64,000 bases of DNA. Source: Spirochaetia bacterium (GTDB lineage Bacteria > Spirochaetota > Spirochaetia > CADAEX01). How positions within the stretch are numbered: position 1 is the stretch's first letter; each line of letters starts with the position of its first letter. Positions 1 through 9,357 of this stretch are shown in pieces. The translations under genes were made by a program, and so were the position numbers. The stretch is taken from the NCBI GenBank assembly GCA_031548835.1, contig JAVBQS010000019.1, positions 2,445 to 66,444 of the forward strand, in the 5' to 3' direction. The notes below the pieces were generated by a model. It did not search any database, was not told the DNA's origin, and worked only from the letters and a program-made list of their open reading frames with translations.

Positions 1-1
1 G

Positions 2-1201
2 GAAGGAAAGAATGTAGTCTTTGTGATAGCAGATATGTTTAATGGGAATTATTTTGGAAATATAGTTGATGAAGATGCTAAATATGCAGAGATATTTTCA
101 GGATTCTCATATTATCCTGACTGTCTTGCTGTTTCATCTTTTACAGCAGTTTCTCTGTCAGGTATATTTGGAGGATATGATTATATACCTGTAAAATTAA
201 ATAATAATGGCAAGACTGGCATTGAAGAATTAGAAGAATCTGCAAGATTATTTTTTAAAAATATTTACAATTCAGATTATGCAATGACTGTTGCTTCTGC
301 TGAAAATATGTATCTTGGTAAAGATCTGGGTGGAAAAATAGAATATCCTGGAAATTATGTAAACTACTGGAAGAAGAAACAAGGGTATGAGAATGAAGGT
401 GGATCAAATAAAACAGTGATATTATTTATGTTGTCTATTTTTAATTCATCACCTTATCACTTTAAATATATCATATATGATAACTCGAGTTGGATAATAT
501 TAAGAAAATCAGCCTTAATAAAGCAATTAAGAAATAATTCGATATATAATTTAGCTTATATTGACTTGCTTCCTGAAATATCGTCGACAAAAGGAAAAGG
601 AAATAAGTTTTTTTATATTCATAATAATCTTCCCCATAATCCTTATGGAATAGACGCGAATGGTAATCTTGTAGGAGATGAATCATCCAGTCATGAAGCA
701 ACTAGCTTCTTTTCTTCGACCGCAGCCTATTATTCAGCCAGAAAATTTGTTGATGTGATGGGAAATTGGATTAACTGGATGAAAGAAAATAATGTATATG
801 ACAATACAATGATTATTATTCTTTCTGATCATGGTAATAGATTTGAAGATAATGATATCAAACTGCCTGTGGAACTAGGTAATTCAAAAAACGATATCTC
901 CTATGCACAGGCATTATTGCTTGTAAAAGGCTTTGGCGACAGCGGTGCGGTGAACATTGATTCTGCCAGGGTGAGTTCTGCTGATATTCCTGCAATATTA
1001 ACAGCTAAAACTGATATTCAATTTTCATCTGATGATAAAGATTATCGTAAAATATCACAATTAAGAAATATTATTTATAGTTTTACTGTAAATAAATGGG
1101 ATTATGGAAATAAAGACAATACAAAATATAGGTCTTATCAGGTAAGAGGTTCAATATTTGATTCTGACTCATGGAGCATCTATAATGATCCAAATGAATA
1201 A
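2..1201 (+). CDS. Sulfatase/alkaline-phosphatase-superfamily domain protein (LTA-synthase / phosphoglycerol- or phosphoethanolamine-transferase-like), 5' end outside the window
   Basis: The reading frame is open to the window edge. The N-terminal 'NVVFVIADM' resembles the start of a sulfatase domain. The 'LSDHGN' motif is typical of the sulfatase/phosphotransferase superfamily. It ends in TAA at 1199-1201. Confidence 0.55.
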   Translation, partial: EGKNVVFVIADMFNGNYFGNIVDEDAKYAEIFSGFSYYPDCLAVSSFTAVSLSGIFGGYDYIPVKLNNNGKTGIEELEESARLFFKNIYNSDYAMTVASAENMYLGKDLGGKIEYPGNYVNYWKKKQGYENEGGSNKTVILFMLSIFNSSPYHFKYIIYDNSSWIILRKSALIKQLRNNSIYNLAYIDLLPEISSTKGKGNKFFYIHNNLPHNPYGIDANGNLVGDESSSHEATSFFSSTAAYYSARKFVDVMGNWINWMKENNVYDNTMIIILSDHGNRFEDNDIKLPVELGNSKNDISYAQALLLVKGFGDSGAVNIDSARVSSADIPAILTAKTDIQFSSDDKDYRKISQLRNIIYSFTVNKWDYGNKDNTKYRSYQVRGSIFDSDSWSIYNDPNE

Positions 1202-1415
1202 AAGTTTTAATTGAATAAACTTTTATAGAACATATAATAATAAAGATAAAAACAATCTCAAAACAAATATTATTAAGCTGATTCTATTTTTGCAAAATGT
1301 TTTAAAATAGATATTTAAAACATTTTATCTAAAAATAAGCAATTTTTCTGGAAGTTGTTTTACATATATTTTAAACTGCTTAATGATATTGTGCTAAAAA
1401 TGAAAAGGGGATGTT

Positions 1416-2237
1416 ATGAAAAAAATAATAAATACAGTTGTTATAATATTAATTTTCTTTGCTGTTTTGTCATGCAGCGCTAAAGGCGGGGCAGGGCAGA
1501 ATAGAGATACAAGTCTTGTAGAAGAAATATCAAGGCGCGGCGTTCTTAAAGTTGGAATATCTACATTTGTCCCCTGGGCAATACAGGATAAAACAGGTGA
1601 ATTTATAGGATTTGAAATAGATGTTGCAAGACGACTTGCAGACGACATGGGTGTTAAAATCGAATTTATACCCACAAAATGGTCAGGCATAATTCCTGCT
1701 CTTCTTACAGAGAAATTTGATATAATAATCTGCGGAATGGGAATAAGAGCAGAAAGAAATTATAAAATAAATTTTTCCATTCCCTATGATTATACAGGCA
1801 TGTCAATTGTTGCAAGTAAAGAGCTTGTGCCAGGACTTACAACAATTGAGCAGTTTAACAGAAAAGATTTTATAATTGCTGCAAGAATAGGAACAACAGC
1901 TGCAGATTCTGTTAAAAAGAGAATTCCTCTTGCACAATTAAAGCTGTTTGATGATGAATCCCAGGCAATACAGGAACTTTTAAACAAAAAAGCACATGCT
2001 GTTGTTGCATCTGCTCCGCTTCCGGCATATCAGGCAATAGAATACCCTGATCAGTTTTATTTGCCTATTAAGGAAAATTTTACAAAAGAACCTATTGGAT
2101 TTGCGCTTAGAAAAGGCGATGTCGATACATTAAACTTTTTTGACAGCTGGATAAGAGTTGCAGATGCAGAAGGTTTTCTTGCTGAAAGAAAAAATTACTG
2201 GTTTAATACAAGAGACTGGGCCCTGTTAGTTGAATAG
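1416..2237 (+). CDS. Polar amino-acid ABC transporter substrate-binding lipoprotein (family 3 SBP)
   Basis: Signal peptide with lipobox 'VLSCSA'. Family-3 SBP-like sequence throughout ('GVLKVGISTFVPWA', 'GFEIDVARRLADDMGVKIEF'). The GGGG SD sits 7 nt upstream of the ATG. Confidence 0.85.
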   Translation: MKKIINTVVIILIFFAVLSCSAKGGAGQNRDTSLVEEISRRGVLKVGISTFVPWAIQDKTGEFIGFEIDVARRLADDMGVKIEFIPTKWSGIIPALLTEKFDIIICGMGIRAERNYKINFSIPYDYTGMSIVASKELVPGLTTIEQFNRKDFIIAARIGTTAADSVKKRIPLAQLKLFDDESQAIQELLNKKAHAVVASAPLPAYQAIEYPDQFYLPIKENFTKEPIGFALRKGDVDTLNFFDSWIRVADAEGFLAERKNYWFNTRDWALLVE

Positions 2238-2347
2238 ATTTACCGGGCGATACTGGAATAAAAGGCATAATTCTGAAACCCGATATTTTAAAAAATAAAA
2301 TACGCTTCTCTTTTCTTGATTATTTACTGCTTGCGCTGGTATTAGCG

Positions 2348-3160
2348 ATGACAGTCTTTATTGTTTATAGAATAAAAGTAAGCCTTAACTATAAATGGAA
2401 GTGGGAATCTGTTTTTCAATATATTATAAGAAAAGATGCAGATACCGGCATGTTTGTTCCAGGGCTTATTTTAAATAGTTTTGCAATAACTATTAAACTT
2501 TCAATATGGTCTACTGTTTCAGCTTTAATTATTGGCATTATTGCAGGAATAATAAGAAGCAGCAGTGGCGCAGCATCAAAGCTTACAGGCTTTTTTTATA
2601 TCCAGCTTGTAAGAAATATTCCTCCCATAGTTCTTGTTTTTATTTTTTATTTTTTTGTAGGCAATTATGTTACTGCATTTACAGGACTTGAGACAGCTGT
2701 TTACAATTTTCCGGAATATGTGAAAAAAATAATAGCTTTTCTTTTTATAAATCCAGCCTATTTTCCTGCATTTCTTTCTGCAATAATTACTATGGGGATT
2801 TATGAAGGCGCTTATATTACCGAAATTATAAAAGCAGGAATAAATTCTGTTGCAAAAGGAGAATGGGAGGCTGGAAGAGCTCTTGGTTTTAGCAGGGGGC
2901 AAATACTGCGTTATATTGTTCTTCCCCAGGCTGTTAAGTATACATTACCGCCTCTGGCAGGACAGTTTATATCATGTATAAAAGACTGCGCAATTGTTTC
3001 TGTTATTTCAATTCCTGATCTTACGTTTCAGGGGCTTGAAATAATATCTGCTACATATTTAACATTTGAAATATGGATTATAATAACTTTTCTCTATTTT
3101 GTTTTAACTTTTAGCTGTTCTTTGATTTTTGATAGATTTTTCCGCTATTCAAATAGATAG
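2348..3160 (+). CDS. Polar amino-acid ABC transporter permease (HisM/GlnP family)
   Basis: Multi-TM protein with the EAA-loop motif 'EAGRALGFSRGQILRYIVLPQA'. It follows the SBP gene. No ABC ATPase gene is adjacent. Confidence 0.85.
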   Translation: MTVFIVYRIKVSLNYKWKWESVFQYIIRKDADTGMFVPGLILNSFAITIKLSIWSTVSALIIGIIAGIIRSSSGAASKLTGFFYIQLVRNIPPIVLVFIFYFFVGNYVTAFTGLETAVYNFPEYVKKIIAFLFINPAYFPAFLSAIITMGIYEGAYITEIIKAGINSVAKGEWEAGRALGFSRGQILRYIVLPQAVKYTLPPLAGQFISCIKDCAIVSVISIPDLTFQGLEIISATYLTFEIWIIITFLYFVLTFSCSLIFDRFFRYSNR

Positions 3161-3163
3161 AAC

Positions 3164-3190
3164 ATGTACAACATGTACAACATGTACATA
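3164..3190. repeat. 3 x 9-bp tandem repeat (ACATGTACA)3
   Basis: 'acatgtaca acatgtaca acatgtaca' lies directly between the permease stop and the exchanger gene start. Each unit carries overlapping ACATGT and TGTACA palindromes. Confidence 0.8.
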
Positions 3191-3221
3191 AAATGTATTT
3201 AACCGCATCGGAGGATTTTTT

Positions 3222-4181
3222 ATGGTATGGATTCAATTCCTTATTGTTTCAGTAATTGTCGTAGTTTTCGGCTATATTATTGCAACCCAGGCAGATAAGC
3301 TTGCTGAAGCAAAAAATTTTGGAAAAGGACTTGTAGGATTTATACTTCTTGGATTTACAACATCAATACCGGAACTAATATCTACGCTATCCTCAACTAT
3401 TATTCTTAATAATCCGCTTATGGGCTCCGGAAACATAATTGGCAGTAATAATGCAAATATGTTAATTCTTTTTGTTTCATTCTTAATGGTAAAAAGCCTT
3501 AGGAAAAAAAATGGAAAACATGACGGAGAAAGCCTTGTTTCTCTTTCTTTCTGTTTAATTATAACAACTATTTTTATGATAGCTGTTATTTTATCAGGAA
3601 AACCTTTTGTTTTTACTGCTCCTGTTTATTGCTACTTAATATTATTTATATTTGCTGTAAGTATTTATGAATTATATAAAGTAGGGGCATTGGAAGTAGA
3701 GGAAAAAGAAAAAAAGAGTCTTCCGCCTTCCTTTTATATAGGTTTTGCTTTTTCCCTGGCTGTTCTTATTGTTGCAAGCTACTATTTATCTTTTGTTGTG
3801 GACAGAATAAGCAAGGAAACAGCTTTTGGAGCAACAGAATCAGGAGCTATTTTTCTTGCATGGTCAACATCTCTTCCTGAACTTGCTGTAACAGTATCTG
3901 CGCTTATAATCGGAAGCAGTGAGCTGGGTATAGGAAATATACTTGGCAGCAATATCTTTAATATGTTTGTAATTTCTGTTTCAGAAATATTTTCCAGAAG
4001 CAGTAAACCTGTATTTGATTTTGATAAAAGCCTTGTTTTTCTTTCTATGCTTCAGATACTTCTGCTGTCCATGCTTTTACTTGCTCTTTCGCAAAATAAG
4101 TTAGTGAAAATATGGAAAATATCTTTTATTCCTTTATGCGCGATTTTACTTTATGTAGGAGGAATGGTAATTATTTTTTAA
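3222..4181 (+). CDS. CaCA-family cation/Ca2+ exchanger (YrbG-like, two Na_Ca_ex alpha-repeat domains)
   Basis: Two internal repeats with 'GFTTSIPELISTLSS' and 'AWSTSLPELAVTVSALIIGSSELGIGNILGSNIFN'. Polytopic membrane protein. Confidence 0.8.
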   Translation: MVWIQFLIVSVIVVVFGYIIATQADKLAEAKNFGKGLVGFILLGFTTSIPELISTLSSTIILNNPLMGSGNIIGSNNANMLILFVSFLMVKSLRKKNGKHDGESLVSLSFCLIITTIFMIAVILSGKPFVFTAPVYCYLILFIFAVSIYELYKVGALEVEEKEKKSLPPSFYIGFAFSLAVLIVASYYLSFVVDRISKETAFGATESGAIFLAWSTSLPELAVTVSALIIGSSELGIGNILGSNIFNMFVISVSEIFSRSSKPVFDFDKSLVFLSMLQILLLSMLLLALSQNKLVKIWKISFIPLCAILLYVGGMVIIF

Positions 4182-4290
4182 AATAATTTTATAAAAGTAA
4201 AATATTTTGATTTTTTTAACTATTTTTCAGATATTATAATATTTTTATGAATAGTTATTTTATTTTTATAATAAAAAATTTTATATTGGC

Positions 4291-4330
4291 TTGACATTTT
4301 ATGACCACTAAATAAATATTAAAATATAAA
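4291..4330 (+). promoter_or_regulatory. Candidate sigma70-type promoter of the V-ATPase operon
   Basis: TTGACA at 4291-4296 is followed by an AT-rich region with TATTAA/TAAAAT-like hexamers about 60 nt upstream of atpE. The -10 assignment is ambiguous. Confidence 0.35.
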
Positions 4331-4352
4331 TCCACCCTGTGCGAGGAATGTT

Positions 4353-4973
4353 ATGGAAGTCCAACTTAAGGAACTGATTGATAAAATTAAAAGCGACGGT
4401 GTAACTGTTGCTGAATCGAAAGCTGCTGAAATAATTAAGAATGCTGAAGCAAAGTCTCAGGAAATTATTGAAAAAGCTAAAAAAGAAGCTGCCCAGATTG
4501 TTTCAAAAGGCAAGGAAGATGCTCTTAGATCTGAAAATTCAGGAAAAGAGGCTCTCCGTCAGGCAGGAAGAGATCTTGTTTTAAATCTTCAATCTAAAAT
4601 AATAGATCTTTTTAATGTAATAATTAAAAACGAAGTTGCAGGCGCAATGGATGAAAAAGTATTAGGCGATGCAATTACAAAACTTATTACTTCATGGAAT
4701 GGGGATGTATCAAATCTTAAAATTCTTCTTTCTGAAAAAGATTATGAAAAAGTGGAAAAAGGTTTAAAAGCAAAATTAGCTGAACAGATTAAAAAAGGAT
4801 TTGAAATAAAACCTTCTAAACAGCTTGATGCAGGTTTTCTTGTTTCTGTGAAAGATGGTTCTGCATACCACAATTTTTCAGCTGAAGGAATCGCAGAGGT
4901 GCTTTCAGAATATTTAAACCCCAGGCTTTCAGCTCTGCTTGAAGAAGGGGTCAAGGGAAAAGCGGGGGCATAA
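4353..4973 (+). CDS. atpE: V-type ATP synthase subunit E
   Basis: 206 aa, Lys/Glu/Ala-rich helical N-terminus ('AEIIKNAEAKSQEIIEKAKKEAAQI') typical of V/A-type subunit E. First gene of the operon. Confidence 0.85.
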   Translation: MEVQLKELIDKIKSDGVTVAESKAAEIIKNAEAKSQEIIEKAKKEAAQIVSKGKEDALRSENSGKEALRQAGRDLVLNLQSKIIDLFNVIIKNEVAGAMDEKVLGDAITKLITSWNGDVSNLKILLSEKDYEKVEKGLKAKLAEQIKKGFEIKPSKQLDAGFLVSVKDGSAYHNFSAEGIAEVLSEYLNPRLSALLEEGVKGKAGA

Positions 4974-4976
4974 GCC

Positions 4977-5531
4977 TTGGCAAATCAGTATTACTATTTA
5001 GTTTCTTCTCTTCCAATGCTCTCTTATGATATGGAAAAGTCCATGTCTGAGGAAGAATTTTTTGATTCTTGCGAATCAATATTAACTGAAAAAGATTATA
5101 AAACTGTTAAAAATTCCAGAATTATTCCTTTAGAAGAAAAACCTGCAAATCAGGTTCTGGAAAAATGGAACAACTGGGAGAGAAGCCTCAGAAATGAACT
5201 TGTAAAAATGAGGGCAGGCAAAAAAGGGCAGGATAGTGAAAAATATGTTTCTGCCGGAGGGCTTGAGACAGGAACAGCCGAAGTTGCCCGCGAAGCTTTT
5301 CAAGCTTCAATGCCGCTTGATGCTGAATCAATTCTTAACAAAGCAAGATGGGACTATCTTGAAATGCTTGAAGCAGGACACTATTTTGATCTTGGCAAAA
5401 TTATTATCTATTTTTTAAAGCTTCAAATCCTGCAAAGAAAATTACAGATCAATAAAGAAAAAGGAAAAGCTGCTTTTGCGGAAATTTATTCCAGCATTCA
5501 CGGCAAAAACAACCAGCAGAAAAGCAGCTGA
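4977..5531 (+). CDS. Conserved small protein of spirochaete-type V-ATPase operons (function unknown, possibly C-like accessory subunit)
   Basis: Probable TTG start 3 nt after the atpE stop. Its position between atpE and atpA matches the E-X-A-B-D-I-K arrangement. Ends with TGA. Confidence 0.55.
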   Translation: MANQYYYLVSSLPMLSYDMEKSMSEEEFFDSCESILTEKDYKTVKNSRIIPLEEKPANQVLEKWNNWERSLRNELVKMRAGKKGQDSEKYVSAGGLETGTAEVAREAFQASMPLDAESILNKARWDYLEMLEAGHYFDLGKIIIYFLKLQILQRKLQINKEKGKAAFAEIYSSIHGKNNQQKSS

Positions 5532-5650
5532 TGGCTGGTTAATTAATTATTATTAAAATATATATCTTTACAAACTGAAAATAGATGTTTGTAATTTTTG
5601 GAATTTATAGAAAGAACAGGGATGAGGAATATTTGTTGTAGGGGTATTTT

Positions 5651-7435
5651 ATGGCGGATATAAAGAGTACAGGTAAGGTTGTCGGCGTAAACGGCAACAT
5701 GGTAACTATCGAATTTGAAGGCGAAGTTCTGCAAAATGAAGTAGGTTATGTTCAGGTAGGCGCAGCTGAAGGAAAAAACAGCCTTAAATCAGAAGTTATT
5801 AGAATAAAAGGAAACAGGGCAGACATGCAGGTCTTTGAAATGACCCGCGGCATAGGTATTGGAGATAGTGTAGAACTTACAGAAAACCTTCTTGCAGTTA
5901 CTCTAGGCCCTGGTCTTTTGGGACAGGTTTTTGACGGTCTTCAAAACCCTCTTCCAAAACTTGCAGAAAAGGAAGGATTCTTTCTTAAAAGAGGTGTTTA
6001 TTTAAACCCGCTTCCTGATAAAAAATGGGATTTTACACCTTCTGTAAAACAGGGCGACACAGTAACAAGAGGCGATTCTTTGGGAACAGTTCCTGAAGGA
6101 ATTTTCTCGCACCAGATAATGGTTCCTTTCAATATGTATGACACATATAAGGTTAAATCAATTGCAGGAAAAGGTTCATACTCGGTAAATGATAAAATTG
6201 CTGAAATTGAAGATTCAAAAGGAAAAGTTTTTCCTCTTACAATGAAATTTCAGTGGCCTGTAAAAAGAGCAGTTGATGCCTATGCAGAAAGACTTAAACC
6301 TGTTGACCCAATGATTACAAAGTTAAGACTTATAGATACATTTTTTCCTGTAGCAAAAGGCGGTACATATTGTACTCCAGGTCCTTTCGGCGCAGGCAAA
6401 ACAGTTTTACAGCAGATAACAAGCCGAAATGCAGAAGTAGATATAGTAATTATTGCTGCATGCGGTGAAAGAGCCGGAGAAGTAGTAGAAACACTTAAAG
6501 AGTTTCCTGAGCTTGCTGACCCAAGAACAGGCAGATCTCTTATGGAAAGAACAATAATAATATGTAATACAAGCTCCATGCCTGTTGCAGCAAGAGAAGC
6601 TTCTGTATATACAGCAGTAACTCTGGCCGAATATTACAGACAGATGGGACTTGATGTTCTTCTTCTTGCAGACTCAACATCAAGATGGGCGCAGGCAATG
6701 AGAGAAATGTCTGGACGTCTTGAGGAGATTCCCGGCGAGGAAGCTTTCCCTGCATACCTTGAGTCTGTTATAGCTTCTTTCTATGAAAGGGCAGGACTTG
6801 TAAGACTTAAAAGCGGAAAAAAAGGTTCTGTAACAATAGGCGGAACAGTAAGCCCTGCAGGCGGTAACTTTGAAGAGCCAGTTACCCAGGCTACACTTAA
6901 AGTAGTAGGAGCTTTCCACGGCCTCTCAAGAGAGAGATCAGATGCAAGAAAATATCCTGCAATAGATCCTCTTACAAGCTGGAGCAAATATAAAACATCT
7001 CTTGATGAAGAAAGAACAGAATATGCAAGAAATGTGCTTGTTAAGGGAAGCGATGTTGCGCAGATGATGAAGGTAGTAGGCGAGGAAGGAACAAGCACTG
7101 CTGACTATATTACCTATCTTAAAAGCGATTTTCTTGATGCTGTTTATATGCAGCAGAACTCTTTTGACCCTGTTGATAACTCTGTTTCACTTGAAAGACA
7201 AAAACATATTTTTGAAATAATATTTAAAATTCTTGGAATAATTTTTGATTTCCAGACAAAAGATGAAGCAAGACAGTATTTTAACCAGTTAAGGCAGCTT
7301 TTCCTTGATTACAATGGAACAGGTTGGCAGACCGATGAATTCAAGGCAAAAGAAAAAGAACTTCTTGAATTGATTTCCTCAAAACAGAAAGGTATTGAGG
7401 AAAATGCAGCAGCCATGCTGGAAAATACAAAGTAA
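5651..7435 (+). CDS. atpA: V-type ATP synthase catalytic subunit A
   Basis: 594 aa. Walker A 'GPFGAGKT'. The non-homologous insert region and overall A-subunit architecture are present. Confidence 0.95.
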   Translation: MADIKSTGKVVGVNGNMVTIEFEGEVLQNEVGYVQVGAAEGKNSLKSEVIRIKGNRADMQVFEMTRGIGIGDSVELTENLLAVTLGPGLLGQVFDGLQNPLPKLAEKEGFFLKRGVYLNPLPDKKWDFTPSVKQGDTVTRGDSLGTVPEGIFSHQIMVPFNMYDTYKVKSIAGKGSYSVNDKIAEIEDSKGKVFPLTMKFQWPVKRAVDAYAERLKPVDPMITKLRLIDTFFPVAKGGTYCTPGPFGAGKTVLQQITSRNAEVDIVIIAACGERAGEVVETLKEFPELADPRTGRSLMERTIIICNTSSMPVAAREASVYTAVTLAEYYRQMGLDVLLLADSTSRWAQAMREMSGRLEEIPGEEAFPAYLESVIASFYERAGLVRLKSGKKGSVTIGGTVSPAGGNFEEPVTQATLKVVGAFHGLSRERSDARKYPAIDPLTSWSKYKTSLDEERTEYARNVLVKGSDVAQMMKVVGEEGTSTADYITYLKSDFLDAVYMQQNSFDPVDNSVSLERQKHIFEIIFKILGIIFDFQTKDEARQYFNQLRQLFLDYNGTGWQTDEFKAKEKELLELISSKQKGIEENAAAMLENTK

Positions 7436-7450
7436 GAGAGGCTAAAGAGA

Positions 7451-8743
7451 ATGCGTAAGGTTTATAGTAAAATAGAATCAATATCAGGAAACGTTATTAC
7501 AGTATCTGCAGAAGGGGTAAAATATGATGAGCTTGCAGAAGTTACATCAGCTCATGGTAAATCTCTTGCCCAGGTTATAAAACTGAGCGATGATAAAGTT
7601 TCTCTTCAGGTTTTCTCTGGAGGAAGAGGTATTTCCACAAATGATGAAGTGCGTTTCCTCGGCCATTCAATGCAGATATCTGTTTCAGATAATCTTTTAG
7701 GCAGAATTTTTAACGGCAGCGGCGAGCCAAGAGATAATGGCCCTGCTCTTCATGAAAACATGATAGAAACAGGAGGCCCGTCTGTTAACCCTGCAAAAAG
7801 AATAATTCCAAGGAATATGGTAAGAACTGGTATTCCTATGATAGATGTTTTCAACTCTCTTGTTGAATCACAGAAACTTCCTATTTTCTCATCATCAGGA
7901 GAGCCATATAACGAACTTCTTGCACGAATTGCGATGCAGGCAGAAGTTGATATGATTATTCTTGGAGGAATGGGCCTTAAATATGACGACTACCTCTTTT
8001 TTAAAGATACACTTGAAGAAGGAGGAGCTCTTAGCAGAGCAATCTTCTTTGTCCATACAGCATCAGACCCTATAGTTGAATGTCTTCTTGTTCCAGATGT
8101 TTCTCTTGCAGTTGCAGAACAGTTTGCGCTTAAAGGAAAAAAAGTTCTTGTTCTTCTTACAGATATGACAAACTTTGCAGATGCTCTTAAAGAAATTTCT
8201 ATTACAATGGAGCAGGTTCCTTCAAACAGAGGCTACCCGGGAGACCTTTACAGCCAGCTTGCTTCCAGATATGAAAAAGCAGTTGACTTTGAAGGCGCTG
8301 GTTCAATTACAGTTCTTGCTGTAACAACAATGCCTGGCGATGATGTAACCCACCCTGTGCCTGATAATACAGGATATATTACAGAAGGGCAGTTTTACCT
8401 TAAAGGCGGAAGAATTGAACCTTTCGGATCTCTTTCAAGACTTAAACAGCAGGTAAACAAAGATACCAGGGAAGACCACAGAGCTCTTATGGATGGTATG
8501 ATTAAACTTTATGCTGCATATAAAGAGACAGTTGAAAAAAAATCAATGGGTTTCAGAATGTCAGATTGGGATACTAAACTTCTCAAATATGGCGATATAT
8601 TTGAAAAAGAACTTATGGATCTTTCAGTAAATACACCGCTTGAAAAAGCTCTTGATAAAGGCTGGGAAATTCTTGCAGCTTGTTTCAAACCGGAAGAAAC
8701 TGGAATGAGATCAGAACTTCTTAAAAAGTTCTGGCCTAAATAA
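7451..8743 (+). CDS. atpB: V-type ATP synthase subunit B
   Basis: 430 aa, ATPase alpha/beta-family fold lacking a canonical P-loop Lys, as expected for regulatory subunit B. Immediately downstream of atpA. Confidence 0.95.
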   Translation: MRKVYSKIESISGNVITVSAEGVKYDELAEVTSAHGKSLAQVIKLSDDKVSLQVFSGGRGISTNDEVRFLGHSMQISVSDNLLGRIFNGSGEPRDNGPALHENMIETGGPSVNPAKRIIPRNMVRTGIPMIDVFNSLVESQKLPIFSSSGEPYNELLARIAMQAEVDMIILGGMGLKYDDYLFFKDTLEEGGALSRAIFFVHTASDPIVECLLVPDVSLAVAEQFALKGKKVLVLLTDMTNFADALKEISITMEQVPSNRGYPGDLYSQLASRYEKAVDFEGAGSITVLAVTTMPGDDVTHPVPDNTGYITEGQFYLKGGRIEPFGSLSRLKQQVNKDTREDHRALMDGMIKLYAAYKETVEKKSMGFRMSDWDTKLLKYGDIFEKELMDLSVNTPLEKALDKGWEILAACFKPEETGMRSELLKKFWPK

Positions 8744-8758
8744 GGACTAAAAATAAAA

Positions 8759-9355
8759 ATGGCAAAAATCAAACTGACTAAAAATGAGCAGAAAAAACAG
8801 AAAGACAGCTTAAAAAGATATACCAGATATCTTCCTACTCTTATGCTTAAAAAGCAGCAGCTTCAGCTTGTAATAAGACAGGTTGAAAATAGCCTTAGGG
8901 AAAAAAAAGAGGAAAGAGACAGGTTTCAAAATGAAATCTACTCCTGGGTTGATGTTTTTGGAGAAAAAGTTGATTTTGATAGCCTTGTAAAGATCAAATC
9001 TCTTGAAATTGAAAATGGAAATATAGCAGGTGTTGATATACCTACTTTTAAAGGAATATCTTTTGACCTGCCTGAATATGATCTTTTTGAAAAACCGCTT
9101 TGGATAGATGCTGCAGTTGAAAAAGTTTCAAAACTGCTTGCATTTGATGAAGAAGTTAAAATTCTTGAAAAACAGATTGAACTTCTCGGCGCTGAATTAA
9201 GAGTAACAACCCAGCGTGTAAATCTTTTTGAAAAGGTAAAAATACCTGAGACAAAAGAAAGTATCAGAAAGATTCAGATATACCTTGGCGACCAGCAGAC
9301 TGCAAGCGTTGTGCGCGGAAAGATGGCCAAGAATAAGCTGGTAAAGGTGTCATAG
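8759..9355 (+). CDS. atpD: V-type ATP synthase subunit D
   Basis: 198 aa basic coiled-coil protein ('MAKIKLTKNEQKKQKDSLKRY...') in the D-subunit position. Confidence 0.9.
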   Translation: MAKIKLTKNEQKKQKDSLKRYTRYLPTLMLKKQQLQLVIRQVENSLREKKEERDRFQNEIYSWVDVFGEKVDFDSLVKIKSLEIENGNIAGVDIPTFKGISFDLPEYDLFEKPLWIDAAVEKVSKLLAFDEEVKILEKQIELLGAELRVTTQRVNLFEKVKIPETKESIRKIQIYLGDQQTASVVRGKMAKNKLVKVS

Positions 9356-9357
9356 TT

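Noticed and set aside
6280-7098. Several 70-105-aa ORFs on the minus strand inside atpA (and similar antisense ORFs inside atpI, the permease genes, argJ and the FN3 gene)
   Set aside because: They lie entirely within strongly supported genes on the opposite strand, have low-complexity Ser/Leu-rich translations and show no RBS or motif support. They are shadow ORFs.
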